Source: Turneriella sp.
GTDB lineage: Bacteria > Spirochaetota > Leptospiria > Turneriellales > Turneriellaceae
Length of the DNA: 64,000 bases
Direction of reading: 5' to 3'
Assembly: GCA_965279515.1 (NCBI GenBank)
Contig: CBDIID010000003.1
Location: 1,792,001-1,856,000, forward strand
Positions 36,104-46,388 of this stretch are shown in pieces. Position 1 is the first letter of the stretch. Each line of letters opens with the position of its first letter. The position numbers and the translations under genes were made by a program. The notes below the pieces were generated by a model. It saw nothing but the letters and a program-made list of their open reading frames with translations, was not told where the DNA came from and searched no databases.

Positions 36104-37300
36104 TTACCGGCGGTAATCCCTGAGAATTCTTTTGCCCAGGCTTGACTTGTGCACTTCGTCGGCGCCGTCATAGATGCGCGCCGCACGCTCATGGCGGAAA
36201 AAATACGCCAGAATCGTGTCATCCGCCATACCGAGCCCGCCGTGAATCTGCAGTGCGCGGTCGATGATGCGGTTCATGGTGTTCGCCACGGTAAATTTGA
36301 TCATCGCCACTTCATCGCGCGCCTTTGACATACCGAGATTTTCAATCGCCCAGGCCGCCGACAGGGTCATGAGCCGCGCCGCGTGGAGTTCCGCCGCGAG
36401 CTCGGCGACATAGAACTGCGTGATCTGGCTATCGGCCAGGGTACCGCCGTCGTTGTGGATGACCCGCTGGTTCGCACGGCGGCACATCATTTCAAATGCA
36501 CGGCTGCTTATACCCAGCCAGCGCATGCAGTGGTGTATGCGCCCCGGCCCGAGACGCTCCTGCGCAAGTTTAAAACCGGCGCCTTCGCGGCCCAGCAGGT
36601 TGCCGGCAGGAATACGGCAGTTTTCAAACAAGACTTCGCTGTGGCTGTTGTAGTTGTCGCCGGCATGCCCCATGATCGGTATGTTGCGGATAATCTTAAC
36701 ACCGGGATTATCCATCGGTACGATGAACATGCTGGCACGCATTGCCGCGTTGGCATCCGGGTTCGTCACCATCATCGCAATCGCGAATGCAGCACCGTCG
36801 GCCGACGAAGTATACCACTTTAATCCGTTGAGCACATAATGGTCGCCGTCTTTGACCGCGCGCGCGGCGAGAAGCGTCGGGTTTGAGCCCGCTGTCGCCA
36901 CCTCGGTCATGGCAAAGCAGCTGCGGATTTTTCCCTGCGCGAGCGGCTCAAGCCATGTCTCTTGCTGCTCGTCGCTGCCGAACATATGCAGGATTTCAAT
37001 ATTGCCGGCGTCGGGCGCCTGGCAGCCAAAGACATAGTGACCTAAAGGCGAGCGCCCGAGCGCCTCGGAGACATAGCCATGCTCCACCAGGGTTAATCCC
37101 ATACCGCCTAATTCTTTCGGAATCTGCGGCCCCCAGAGCCCCAGTGCCCGTACCTTCTCGCGTCTCTTCTCAAGCTCAGGCACGAGCTCTTTGAAGGTCT
37201 TGGCGAAGAACTGCGGCTCGAGGGGTATCAGTTCGGCCGCGACAAAATCTTCGATCTGTTTCAGCAGGGGGGCAAGGCGTTCGGAAATGGCGAGATTCAT
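36104..37300 (-). CDS. Acyl-CoA dehydrogenase (ACAD10/11, LvaC-like)
   Basis: FGCQAPDAGNIE, FAMTE, AQERLGPGRIHHCMR, RIYDGADEVH. Confidence 0.93.
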   Translation of the reverse strand: MNLAISERLAPLLKQIEDFVAAELIPLEPQFFAKTFKELVPELEKRREKVRALGLWGPQIPKELGGMGLTLVEHGYVSEALGRSPLGHYVFGCQAPDAGNIEILHMFGSDEQQETWLEPLAQGKIRSCFAMTEVATAGSNPTLLAARAVKDGDHYVLNGLKWYTSSADGAAFAIAMMVTNPDANAAMRASMFIVPMDNPGVKIIRNIPIMGHAGDNYNSHSEVLFENCRIPAGNLLGREGAGFKLAQERLGPGRIHHCMRWLGISSRAFEMMCRRANQRVIHNDGGTLADSQITQFYVAELAAELHAARLMTLSAAWAIENLGMSKARDEVAMIKFTVANTMNRIIDRALQIHGGLGMADDTILAYFFRHERAARIYDGADEVHKSSLGKRILRDYRR

Positions 37301-37375
37301 GCGTACCGGTCGCGGCGCAAATCGTAGCGTCAAGTTCTGCTTGCCCCCTGAACCAACCCTGCGCATGTTGCTGGC

Positions 37376-39385
37376 ATTAAGCTTCAGGTACGGCACGTTC
37401 TATACATTCTGCAAGTTCTGTTCGTCGCGGCAGCCTATGTCGCGGGGGCTCAGCTCGGCTTTTTTCTCGCCTTTCTGCATTCACAGGTCTCGCCTGTCTG
37501 GCCACCGGAGGGAATCTCCCTCGCGCTCGTGTTGCTCATGGGCTATCGCATGGCACCGGGAGTTCTCCTGGGCGCGTTTCTTGCGAATTATTTCAATAAT
37601 CCGCATCTACCGACGGCGGCACTCATCGCCTGCGGCAACACGGCCAGCGTGATGCTCGCGGCATATTTTATCCGCAGGTATAATTCCACCGGAAACCCGT
37701 TTACCCGCGTGCGGGGTGTACTACTCTTTCTGACTATCGGCACGATGCCGGGCGCAGCGGTCAGCGCCTTTACAGGAGTCACATCGCTTCTCGTATTCGG
37801 CTTTGTGCCCGCCGAAGCCTACTGGCGCGTCGTTTTAACCTGGTGGACGGGTGAGATGCAAGGGCTTATCATCGTGGCGCCCTTTGTTTACACATGGGCG
37901 AAGCTGCCTGCGATACGCTGGTCGATTGACCGTGGCTTCGAAGTGCCGCTGCTCATCGCCTCGCTCGTCTCTTTGTCATACATTGTTTTCCGCGCGGGCT
38001 TCGACCTGACTTACCTGCCGATTCCCTTTATCATCTGGGCGATCTTCCGTTTTAAGATGCACGGCGCTGTGACCGCGATCAGTATTCTTTCTTTTACTTC
38101 GACATATTATACCATCCGCCAGTACGGCCCATTTGCCGTGATGCGCGGCGACCAGCTTTCGATCAACGATTCGCTGCTGTTGCTCGAACTCTACATCGGC
38201 GTCTTCACCGTCATGACGATGGTGATGGCGGCGACGATACAGGAACGTGAAGACTATCTCATCACCGAAGAGATGAAACGCGCGAATGCAGCCAAGGGGG
38301 ATTTCCTCGCGACGCTGAGCCATGAGATCCGCACGCCGCTGAACGGCGTGATCGGCTCCACTGAACTTCTGAAGACGACCGAACTCAATATTGAGCAGCA
38401 GAAATATGTCGGCACACTTTCCGGCACGGCAAAAACCCTCGCGGGCCTCGTGAATAATATTCTCGATTATTCAAAGCTCGAGGTTGGGCGTCTGCAACTC
38501 GAAAATATTGCCTTTGATCCCGCGCTGATGCTGGGTGAGATCAAGGCCATGTTCTCGCAGGCCGTCGCGAAAAAGGGCATCGAGTTTATTGTCGAGAGTG
38601 CAAACCTGCCGCCGGCAGTCATGGGTGATCCGCTGCGCGTGACGCAAATTCTGGTAAATCTCAGCGGCAATGCGATTAAATTTACCGAAAAGGGCTCTGT
38701 CACGCTGAGCGCCGGGTACGCCGACGGCCAGATGCGTTTTGCGGTACGCGACACCGGCATCGGCATGCGCATTGACGACCTGGAAAAACTTTTCACCCCT
38801 TTTCAGCAGGCGCGCACCGAAACCGCGCGCAAGTTCGGCGGCACGGGGTTGGGACTGCGCATCAGCTCGCAACTGACGAGGCTGATGGGGGCATTTATCC
38901 ATGTGGAAAGCACCGAGGGCCAGGGCTCACTCTTCCATTTCACAATCCCCATGCCTGAAGCTGCGGCGTCAGCCCTGCGCAATGAAACCTCCGCCGGTAT
39001 CGACGCCGACTTTGCGAAAAAATTTCCCCTGCGCATACTGATCGTCGATGACAGCGACGTCAACCGCATGCTGGCCGCAGCCATGCTCGACAAACTCGGT
39101 TACACAGCGGTAGAAGAACGCGAAGACGGCTTTACCGCACTGGAGGCGATTACAGCGGGTAATTTTGATCTGGTACTACTCGATGTACAGATGCCCGGTA
39201 TGGACGGCACCGAAGTGGCGAAAGCAGTCCATGAAAAGATGGCGCATCCGCCCCGTCTCGTAGCGGTTACCGGCAACACGGAACAAAAGGACCAGCAGGA
39301 TTACCTGCGCGTCATGGACGATTATATGTCAAAGCCGATATCATTCGGTACACTCAAGGCCGTGCTGATGCGGGCCCGGACCTGA
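37376..39385 (+). CDS. MASE1 hybrid sensor histidine kinase with receiver; probable non-canonical start (ATT 37376)
   Basis: MASE1 SPVWPPEG lies upstream of the first GTG; SHEIRTPLNG, GGTGLGL, DVQMP. Confidence 0.88.
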   Translation: MKLQVRHVLYILQVLFVAAAYVAGAQLGFFLAFLHSQVSPVWPPEGISLALVLLMGYRMAPGVLLGAFLANYFNNPHLPTAALIACGNTASVMLAAYFIRRYNSTGNPFTRVRGVLLFLTIGTMPGAAVSAFTGVTSLLVFGFVPAEAYWRVVLTWWTGEMQGLIIVAPFVYTWAKLPAIRWSIDRGFEVPLLIASLVSLSYIVFRAGFDLTYLPIPFIIWAIFRFKMHGAVTAISILSFTSTYYTIRQYGPFAVMRGDQLSINDSLLLLELYIGVFTVMTMVMAATIQEREDYLITEEMKRANAAKGDFLATLSHEIRTPLNGVIGSTELLKTTELNIEQQKYVGTLSGTAKTLAGLVNNILDYSKLEVGRLQLENIAFDPALMLGEIKAMFSQAVAKKGIEFIVESANLPPAVMGDPLRVTQILVNLSGNAIKFTEKGSVTLSAGYADGQMRFAVRDTGIGMRIDDLEKLFTPFQQARTETARKFGGTGLGLRISSQLTRLMGAFIHVESTEGQGSLFHFTIPMPEAAASALRNETSAGIDADFAKKFPLRILIVDDSDVNRMLAAAMLDKLGYTAVEEREDGFTALEAITAGNFDLVLLDVQMPGMDGTEVAKAVHEKMAHPPRLVAVTGNTEQKDQQDYLRVMDDYMSKPISFGTLKAVLMRART

Positions 39386-39749
39386 CCACGTAAACGATTC
39401 CGGAAAGACAAGCGAGAGAAAACCCGATAAGGCTCGCGGCATAACACCAGGCAAGTATCGTGAAGTTTGCGGCGAAGACCAATATCAACGGCATACCGAC
39501 GAAAAAATACCCCACGAGGTTAATCCACAGCGGCGCGTAGACGACCTTGCCCAGCGCAAGCCGCGGCGAAAAATTTTTCATCGCGCTATTCACACCGGCG
39601 CGATAGACCAGCCAAAGCAGCAGCGCACCGGCGACCTGCATGCCGCAGATGACAGGCGCGTGGCCCTGCCAGAGAAAAAGGAAGGCGAGACCTAAGGGGC
39701 CGGCGAGAAGAAGATAGAGTGCAAGTGGAATAAAATTGCGGATTCTCAT
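39354..39749 (-). CDS. Hypothetical four-TM membrane protein
   Basis: Hydrophobic ATG ORF filling the gap. Confidence 0.65.
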   Translation of the reverse strand: MRIRNFIPLALYLLLAGPLGLAFLFLWQGHAPVICGMQVAGALLLWLVYRAGVNSAMKNFSPRLALGKVVYAPLWINLVGYFFVGMPLILVFAANFTILAWCYAASLIGFSLACLSGIVYVVRSGPASARP

Positions 39750-39841
39750 CGTATCAGGTATCGCATAACGAACGGGGCCGGCGCGTCAAATGCAACCGCG
39801 AAACCGGGTTTACGCCGCTTATCGGGAAATCTCCCTACCGC

Positions 39842-40309
39842 ATGCGCCGCCATCTGCTTTCCCTATGCGCCGCAATGACTTTGGTGTTGCCGGCTATTGC
39901 CAGCGGTGGCGGCCGTACAGAGAATGTACGAGGTATTGGTGTCGGTCTTGACGTTCACGGTGTAGGGCAAAACCCCGTCTACTCGGCCGGCCTTCTGCAC
40001 GCCACCTTTGGCATCATCAGCTACCAGGCCCGCCTCACGGGTTCATACCGCCCGAGCGACAATACCACTTGGGTCAGAGCCGGTGTCGGCGCGGGAGCCT
40101 TTTACCCGATCTTGCTCAACATCGACGTAACCTACCAGACGGGCCAGGCAAACAGCGCCGGTATGTTCGTCGGTCTCTCTGCTTTTCTTTCCGGTGCCGT
40201 ATTCACCCCCGAGATCTTTCTCGGCTACCAGGCGAATTTTTCCGGGACCAGCGAGAATTTTATTTTGGCGGGAGCCAAAGGATATCTTAACTTTGCAGAG
40301 ATCAAATAA
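39842..40309 (+). CDS. Hypothetical exported beta-rich protein
   Basis: Signal peptide; Gly/aromatic alternating strands. Confidence 0.65.
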   Translation: MRRHLLSLCAAMTLVLPAIASGGGRTENVRGIGVGLDVHGVGQNPVYSAGLLHATFGIISYQARLTGSYRPSDNTTWVRAGVGAGAFYPILLNIDVTYQTGQANSAGMFVGLSAFLSGAVFTPEIFLGYQANFSGTSENFILAGAKGYLNFAEIK

Positions 40310-40323
40310 CTTAAGGAAATAAA

Positions 40324-40806
40324 ATGTCTGAAACCATCTACGGATTTACCACGCAAACGCTTGCCGGCAAAGAGGTCAGCCTCGCCGATTATAAAGGCAA
40401 GGTTGCACTGATCGTCAACACCGCCAGCAAGTGCGGTTTCACACCGCAGTTCGCCGGCCTCGAAGCGATCTATGAAAAATACAAAGACCGCGGTTTTGTC
40501 ATTCTCGGTTTTCCCTGCAACCAGTTCGGCGCACAGGAACCCGGCACCGCCGACCAGATTCAGGAATTCTGCCAGCTCAACTACGGCGTTAAATTTCCGA
40601 TGTTCGGCAAGATCGACGTCAACGGTTCGAACGCGCACCCGCTCTTCAAATTTCTGACATCCGAAAAACCGGGCATCCTCGGCATCGAAGCGATCAAGTG
40701 GAATTTTACCAAATTTCTCGTCGACAAAGACGGAAATCCTGTGAAGCGTTACGCGCCTAACACCACACCCGAAGATATCGCCCCCGATATTGAAAAGCTG
40801 CTGTAG
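40324..40806 (+). CDS. Glutathione peroxidase (Cys type)
   Basis: [27 protein letters not shown]. Confidence 0.96.
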   Translation: MSETIYGFTTQTLAGKEVSLADYKGKVALIVNTASKCGFTPQFAGLEAIYEKYKDRGFVILGFPCNQFGAQEPGTADQIQEFCQLNYGVKFPMFGKIDVNGSNAHPLFKFLTSEKPGILGIEAIKWNFTKFLVDKDGNPVKRYAPNTTPEDIAPDIEKLL

Positions 40807-40829
40807 CCGTTTCCTGAGAAAGGGAACTG

Positions 40830-41927
40830 TTACCAGGCTTCGTACACGAACGCAATACCGAGAAATCTGTAATTTGAAATGTTTCGCAACATACCGTAGG
40901 GATTGATGCCGTAATAACCGTGAAGGTAGACTCCTAATGACCCGGAAAACTCATGCGCCGACAGAAATTTATAGCCGATCATGGCATTAAATGTCCATGT
41001 TCGTTCTTCGGGAACCTCTTTCACCGTTGTCATCCCGTCTTTGAGAATGAAGGTTGGTATTCCGTACCTCACCCGATTTCTGACTTCAAAGGATATAATG
41101 TTGAGGGCGCGCGATGAGGCGAGCCAACCGGATGCGCGCTGAAATTCGTAGTTCAGGTAAACTTCGAATCTTTCGGTACTATTCCGTAATCCCAGGTCCC
41201 CGGTAAAATTCGCTTCGAAGTTATTTGTCACACCATACCAACCATATCCCCTGTTGCTTATCCTGACCATGGTGCCCAGGCGAAGGGCGTGGTTATTACC
41301 CCTGTGACCATCAGGGTCATTCAGTGTCACAAAGAGCTCTGTGTACTCGTAAGACACGTTCACCCGGGTAATCGGGAGATTCAGATTCTTTCGATATATC
41401 GTGATTTCATCTCCCAAATGCGTGCTTTCATGGAACCACGGCAGCCACGCCACGGAAATATTGCGAAAAAGGCCCGCATCCGTAAGCCTGTAGATTGCGG
41501 ATAACTTGGGCAACCCGAAACGAAAGTCGACATTAATCACGGGCGCCGTAAAAGAATCAAACATATCTTCAAAGACATGCATACTTGCGGGAAGCGTGAT
41601 TCCGAATCCCCAGGCGGGAGATATTTCTCCGGAATAGATCGGGATCTGCGTGCCCAGATCCAGGTTCAGGAAAGTCTTGAAATTCCGGTTTCTGTCTCCG
41701 CTATAATCTCCGGAAATATTATATTCATTTTGCACCTGAGTGGCGCCAATGTCGATTTTCACGACGGGGCTGTGCACCTGCGCAGCAAAGGGCCGCGTAA
41801 AAGTTAATGGCGTCAGCCAGCCCAAAGGCCTAAGGGGTTGCTGTGCATTGGACTTGGCAACCTCTGCGGCAGACAACAGACCAGGGAAAAAAGCCGCAAA
41901 TACCAGGGTGAGGGTCATCCATTTCAT
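40830..41927 (-). CDS. Outer-membrane protein, DUF1207-like
   Basis: Signal peptide; FHESTHLGDE; YYGINPYG; aromatic C-terminus. Confidence 0.65.
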   Translation of the reverse strand: MKWMTLTLVFAAFFPGLLSAAEVAKSNAQQPLRPLGWLTPLTFTRPFAAQVHSPVVKIDIGATQVQNEYNISGDYSGDRNRNFKTFLNLDLGTQIPIYSGEISPAWGFGITLPASMHVFEDMFDSFTAPVINVDFRFGLPKLSAIYRLTDAGLFRNISVAWLPWFHESTHLGDEITIYRKNLNLPITRVNVSYEYTELFVTLNDPDGHRGNNHALRLGTMVRISNRGYGWYGVTNNFEANFTGDLGLRNSTERFEVYLNYEFQRASGWLASSRALNIISFEVRNRVRYGIPTFILKDGMTTVKEVPEERTWTFNAMIGYKFLSAHEFSGSLGVYLHGYYGINPYGMLRNISNYRFLGIAFVYEAW

Positions 41928-41989
41928 CTGGACGTTACGTCGAGGCGGCGCTTTTGCGCGTAAAGCGCGATCGTTAAACGAGACCGGAC

Positions 41990-43255
41990 TTGAGGAACTT
42001 CTTTCAATATCTCTCGCTATTGCCCGCCTTGGCAGCCTTGCTATCGCAGCCACTCTTTGCGGATATCGCCAGCCGCAACTATTTACCCATCGGAGACAGG
42101 TCGGCCTTATTAGCGAATACCGCTGCGGCGGATGACCAAACTGCGATGGGAGTCCTTTTTAATCCCGGAACCCTCGCGTTTGCAAAAAAGAACAAGATTG
42201 CCTTAAGCGGCAGTCTGTATTTCAAGTATTCCGTTACCTATGACCCTTACCCTGTATACCAGACTTTCGGACAGGGCATAACTTTTACGGGATTTAATTC
42301 TATTCCCAGTTCCGTCGTTTCACTGTTCCGGTTCGGCTCGCATGTGCTTGCTATTTCTGTGCTTATCCCTGATTTTTCGGAAGTGAGTGCTGTGCAACGC
42401 ATCGAGCAGCCAGGCATTTCGGGGGTAATGCAACTCAATGCGCGCGAACAAGACCTGTGGATCGGAGGGAGCTGGAGTTTTCGCCTCACGGAACGTTTTT
42501 CGCTGGGGTCAACGGTTTTTAGCACCCACTATTCCCGCTATACCGCCAGCAACTTACAGGCTGAAATTTTATCGCCCTCTGGCACATCGCACATTGGCAG
42601 AACTGAAACCACAGATGCCACTGCCCACTCTGTGATCCTAGTCGGCGGAATATATTTTCAGCCCACTGCCTCCCTCGCGTTCGGATTAAAAGGCACTGCC
42701 CCTAGTTTTCGCATCAGCGGTTCGGGAGATTATTTTCTTCAGGACAAAGCGATATCGGGCACAACCGTAACCGCCGATACTCAGGAACGCATTGCTTCGA
42801 CATTTTATTACTCACGGCCCGCAGATTTCTCGCTCGGCGCCAGATACACAATGGGCATCATTTCCTGCTACCTGGATCTTGGCCTGCAATTACCGATTTC
42901 TTACGATGAATTTCCCGGCTCTACCAGGCCACAACGATTCAGTCGCAGCTATTTGCCGAAGGTTTCAGCAGGCTTTGATATCGCTCTGCATAAAAGTTTC
43001 AGTATTCTTTCGGGAATAAGCTGGATACCTTCTGCGCAAGCCCCTCTCGAAACGCGCTCCGAATCCAGATACCGTGTTAACGACATTATGGGCACAGTGG
43101 GGCTCGTCTTTGCAGACGGCTTTCTCAGAATGGGGTTAGGCGGTTTTGCAGTGTTTGGTTCGGGGCGGCAAGTTATAGATCCCACCAACAATACCTCAGG
43201 GTCGATGACCATCACGGGCTATGGTGCCCTCTTAAGCTCTGCCTATGAATTTTGA
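41990..43255 (+). CDS. FadL/OmpP1-like outer-membrane transporter
   Basis: Signal; IGDRSALLAN..LFNPGTLA hatch motif; ends AYEF. Confidence 0.7.
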   Translation: MRNFFQYLSLLPALAALLSQPLFADIASRNYLPIGDRSALLANTAAADDQTAMGVLFNPGTLAFAKKNKIALSGSLYFKYSVTYDPYPVYQTFGQGITFTGFNSIPSSVVSLFRFGSHVLAISVLIPDFSEVSAVQRIEQPGISGVMQLNAREQDLWIGGSWSFRLTERFSLGSTVFSTHYSRYTASNLQAEILSPSGTSHIGRTETTDATAHSVILVGGIYFQPTASLAFGLKGTAPSFRISGSGDYFLQDKAISGTTVTADTQERIASTFYYSRPADFSLGARYTMGIISCYLDLGLQLPISYDEFPGSTRPQRFSRSYLPKVSAGFDIALHKSFSILSGISWIPSAQAPLETRSESRYRVNDIMGTVGLVFADGFLRMGLGGFAVFGSGRQVIDPTNNTSGSMTITGYGALLSSAYEF

Positions 43256-43317
43256 CATGGTCATATGCCTTTTTTGATTGGCGAAGTCTCAAGCGTTTCT
43301 GAAAGGTCAGGTTAGCG

Positions 43318-43584
43318 ATGATACGTTTCATAACCGATAGACTTTCCCTGACAATCCTAGCCCTGTTGCTGACGGGCTCTCAGCTTTCGGCCCAAGGCGC
43401 ACCGGATGCGTCCGGGGCGGAACAGAACATCGGAACTGCAGAGAAAGAAGGAAAAAAGGACAATGTGGATTCTGCAAAGTCCCGTCGCTCGAAAAATCGT
43501 GCTACCAAGCGCAAAGAGCGCAGCCACGACCGTAAAGAGCGCCGTGCAGCGCATAAAAGAAACCGCAGGCAGGGTATAGATTGA
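43318..43584 (+). CDS. Small exported protein with Arg/Lys-rich C-terminus
   Basis: Signal ending LSA; stop overlaps the next TTG. Confidence 0.55.
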   Translation: MIRFITDRLSLTILALLLTGSQLSAQGAPDASGAEQNIGTAEKEGKKDNVDSAKSRRSKNRATKRKERSHDRKERRAAHKRNRRQGID

Positions 43585-44489
43585 AAGCAAAACTTTATTA
43601 TTCCGCAGGGCTGATCTTACTTTCGATGTCCCCGGTTTTTTCGGATATTGGTGAATTGCCCATCGGCGGAAAAGTCGGTATCAGCGCAGAACGCGTGGCG
43701 ACGGAAGATCTCCAGTATTATCCGTTCAGCGCCTATGCCAAGATCGATTATAACGGCCTCGACACTTTTACCCCTTATACACGCCTGAAATATACGGGTA
43801 ACAGGCGTATCTTCGACGGTTTGGGCAATATCGAGACCATCGGCGTGATGGATTCTTATCTGGGTACAGAATGGGATCCAAACGATGATTTTACTTTTGA
43901 AGGTTTTTACCGCTTCGGTTTCGGCACGAGCAGCTTCCTCGCGCACGAAGGCTCGCTGGGTTCGACGTATACAGGAATCAGCCTCGCCGATTTTTCGATC
44001 AGTGCCAACTACGTCGCGGCGTCTTATATTTACCCCGGAACCACGACCCGGCTGAATATGGAAACGTTTTCTCCCGACGCCGATGTGTCGTTCCATATAA
44101 CGGATTCGTTACTCTTACCTGTGGGAGTCGAATACTCATTGATACAATACAGCACTTCAGATCCCTACTCTATCTGGACCGGGCATCTGGGATTCGACTG
44201 GGACCTGAACGAAAAAATAAATTTCGCTTCGAATATCCAGGGTGGCCGGGATTCGAGCAACTACACGGTTTGGGGTTTTGACGCTGAAATCAGCTATAAG
44301 TTCTGGAAGGCGATGACCCTTACGGTTTCAGTGGACTATATTCAGTATTTAGACAGCGTCGCATTGCGCGGGGGCAAGGGTAAAAAGAGCCTGAGTTCAG
44401 GCAATATCGGCGGAAAGAACAACCCACTGGGGAGCGACGACACCTTCTCGTATTTCACTTTAGGCGCAGAAATCAGTTACGCATTCTGA
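43581..44489 (+). CDS. Outer-membrane beta-barrel protein
   Basis: Signal; Tyr/Phe-rich strands; ends ISYAF. Confidence 0.75.
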   Translation: MKAKLYYSAGLILLSMSPVFSDIGELPIGGKVGISAERVATEDLQYYPFSAYAKIDYNGLDTFTPYTRLKYTGNRRIFDGLGNIETIGVMDSYLGTEWDPNDDFTFEGFYRFGFGTSSFLAHEGSLGSTYTGISLADFSISANYVAASYIYPGTTTRLNMETFSPDADVSFHITDSLLLPVGVEYSLIQYSTSDPYSIWTGHLGFDWDLNEKINFASNIQGGRDSSNYTVWGFDAEISYKFWKAMTLTVSVDYIQYLDSVALRGGKGKKSLSSGNIGGKNNPLGSDDTFSYFTLGAEISYAF

Positions 44490-44523
44490 CATTTTGACGC
44501 GGAGGCAGGCGCGGGGATAGACC

Positions 44524-45447
44524 ATCAAAAACATTCTTTGCGCGCTTATTGCTTTGTGTTTCGCCTGCGGAACGAAAACCTTCACAAATGATAAGCCGAT
44601 CACTCAGCGCATCGTGTATGTGCTTCCCGAAGCCTTGCCTGCTCCCTATGCGTGGCGCGTCCACGATCGGCCCGTTAGCACCGCGGTCTGGGTCGGCTAC
44701 CGCTGGGATAAAAAAGGTGCGCTGACCGCGGCCGAAGGCAAACGCATCACCGCGGAAGTTAAAAAAAATCCACAACTCGAACACCATTTGCTTTTGGGAA
44801 TTAAGAATACCCCAGCCGGGGTTAAGCTATTGACGCAGGGGGATATCCGCCATCGCGCCATACAAGCGCTGAACAATGTCTTGCGCACGATGCCCGGTAT
44901 CCGGGGTATACAATTGGATTTTGAATATTTGTCGCCGGCCCACGCCGATGCCTATGTCTCTTTCCTGATTACCCTGAAACAAAGTATCTCGCCGAAATTA
45001 AGAATCTCTGCTGCCGTATTTCCGCCCGTCGGGATGCCGACTGCATGGAGTGCCTTCCATAAATTACCCGAAATCGCTGCTGCCGCAGACGGCATTGTCG
45101 TCATGCTCTACGATTACCACAGGCAGGGGACAAAACCCGGCTGCGTGAGTGGCCTGCACTGGCTCGATGAAAATACGGCCATTCTGGCTAAGCTACCGCG
45201 TGACAAAGTCTGGCTCGGAGCGCCGCTCTACGGCTACAAATTTGCGCAGAAGAGGGCCACGGCAATCAGTTATAAAGGTTTTCAAAGAATTCCAGCGGCA
45301 GAAAATACGGCAGACGGCTGCCGCATGAAAACGACATCTAAGAACACAGCCTATTATCCCGCACCGGAACTCTATGAGCACTATGATGCGCTCACCCATA
45401 AATATGGTTTTGCCGGTGTCGCGTATTGGCGAGCAGGACTCGAATGA
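44524..45447 (+). CDS. GH18-like glycoside hydrolase lipoprotein; probable ATC start
   Basis: GIQLDFEY, VMLYDYH, LGAPLYGY, GVAYWRAG; a complete signal needs the codons from 44524. Confidence 0.8.
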   Translation: MKNILCALIALCFACGTKTFTNDKPITQRIVYVLPEALPAPYAWRVHDRPVSTAVWVGYRWDKKGALTAAEGKRITAEVKKNPQLEHHLLLGIKNTPAGVKLLTQGDIRHRAIQALNNVLRTMPGIRGIQLDFEYLSPAHADAYVSFLITLKQSISPKLRISAAVFPPVGMPTAWSAFHKLPEIAAAADGIVVMLYDYHRQGTKPGCVSGLHWLDENTAILAKLPRDKVWLGAPLYGYKFAQKRATAISYKGFQRIPAAENTADGCRMKTTSKNTAYYPAPELYEHYDALTHKYGFAGVAYWRAGLE

Positions 45448-46388
45448 AGCTTGCAATCATCGGTGACATGCACATGCAGTTCGATGAAGAAGACGTGCGC
45501 TTCTTCAATGCCTCGGACTACGATGCAATCCTGATGGTCGGAGATCTCGCTTCCAAAAACCCCGACAGCATGTTTCGGCTTTTGCCCTTGTTGAACCAGC
45601 TCACCAAACCCTCCTACTTTATCCCCGGCAACCACGACACAACCGGCGTACGACAACTGTTGGGCGAGCTGATGCACAATGAGACACTCATTCATTTCGG
45701 CGCAGCATCGCAAGACAGCCGTATGGCGCGCCTCAAAACCGAAATGACAGGCCCGGTCCTCTGTGGTTATTCAACGCACGATCTCGGCGCTTTGCGTCTC
45801 GTCTGCGCGCGGCCGTTTTCGATGGGTGACAGCAATGCCAATAAGACAGATCAGCCGCTGGATTTACCTGTGAACTTCAGGCCGTTTCTGCAAAAAGAAT
45901 ACGGGATCAAAACCCTCGGCGACAGTGCCGCTAAAATCAAAAGCCTCATCGACGCAGTAAATCCCCCCTATGTCATTATGGCACACCACGGGCCATTCGG
46001 GCTCGGGGCGAAGTCAACCGATATGTTCGGCGCCGATTTTTTGCCGGAAGAAACCGACTTTGGCGACCACGATTTAAGCGAAGCTGTCACTTACGCACAG
46101 ACGATCAAAAAACCGCCGCTCGCTGTGATTGCCGGTCATATGCATTACCCGACGAAGCATGGCAAAAAACCGAAGCAGTGGTGGCTCGAGCGCGACAACA
46201 TTCTCTACATCAACGCAGCGCGCTGGCCGCGGATTTTTAAGCATGAGGGTGACACGCTGCGGCACCATGTGCGGCTGACGATCGATATGCGACAGAAGGT
46301 CGTGAGCGAGGCGTGTTATGTCGCGGGTGATGCCATTCAAACGACGACCGATCACCGGGCGACACTGCCCCAGGCCAGGCCGGTTTAA
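45444..46388 (+). CDS. Metallophosphoesterase (calcineurin-like)
   Basis: GDMH, VGD, PGNHD, AHHGP, GHMH. Confidence 0.9.
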   Translation: MKLAIIGDMHMQFDEEDVRFFNASDYDAILMVGDLASKNPDSMFRLLPLLNQLTKPSYFIPGNHDTTGVRQLLGELMHNETLIHFGAASQDSRMARLKTEMTGPVLCGYSTHDLGALRLVCARPFSMGDSNANKTDQPLDLPVNFRPFLQKEYGIKTLGDSAAKIKSLIDAVNPPYVIMAHHGPFGLGAKSTDMFGADFLPEETDFGDHDLSEAVTYAQTIKKPPLAVIAGHMHYPTKHGKKPKQWWLERDNILYINAARWPRIFKHEGDTLRHHVRLTIDMRQKVVSEACYVAGDAIQTTTDHRATLPQARPV

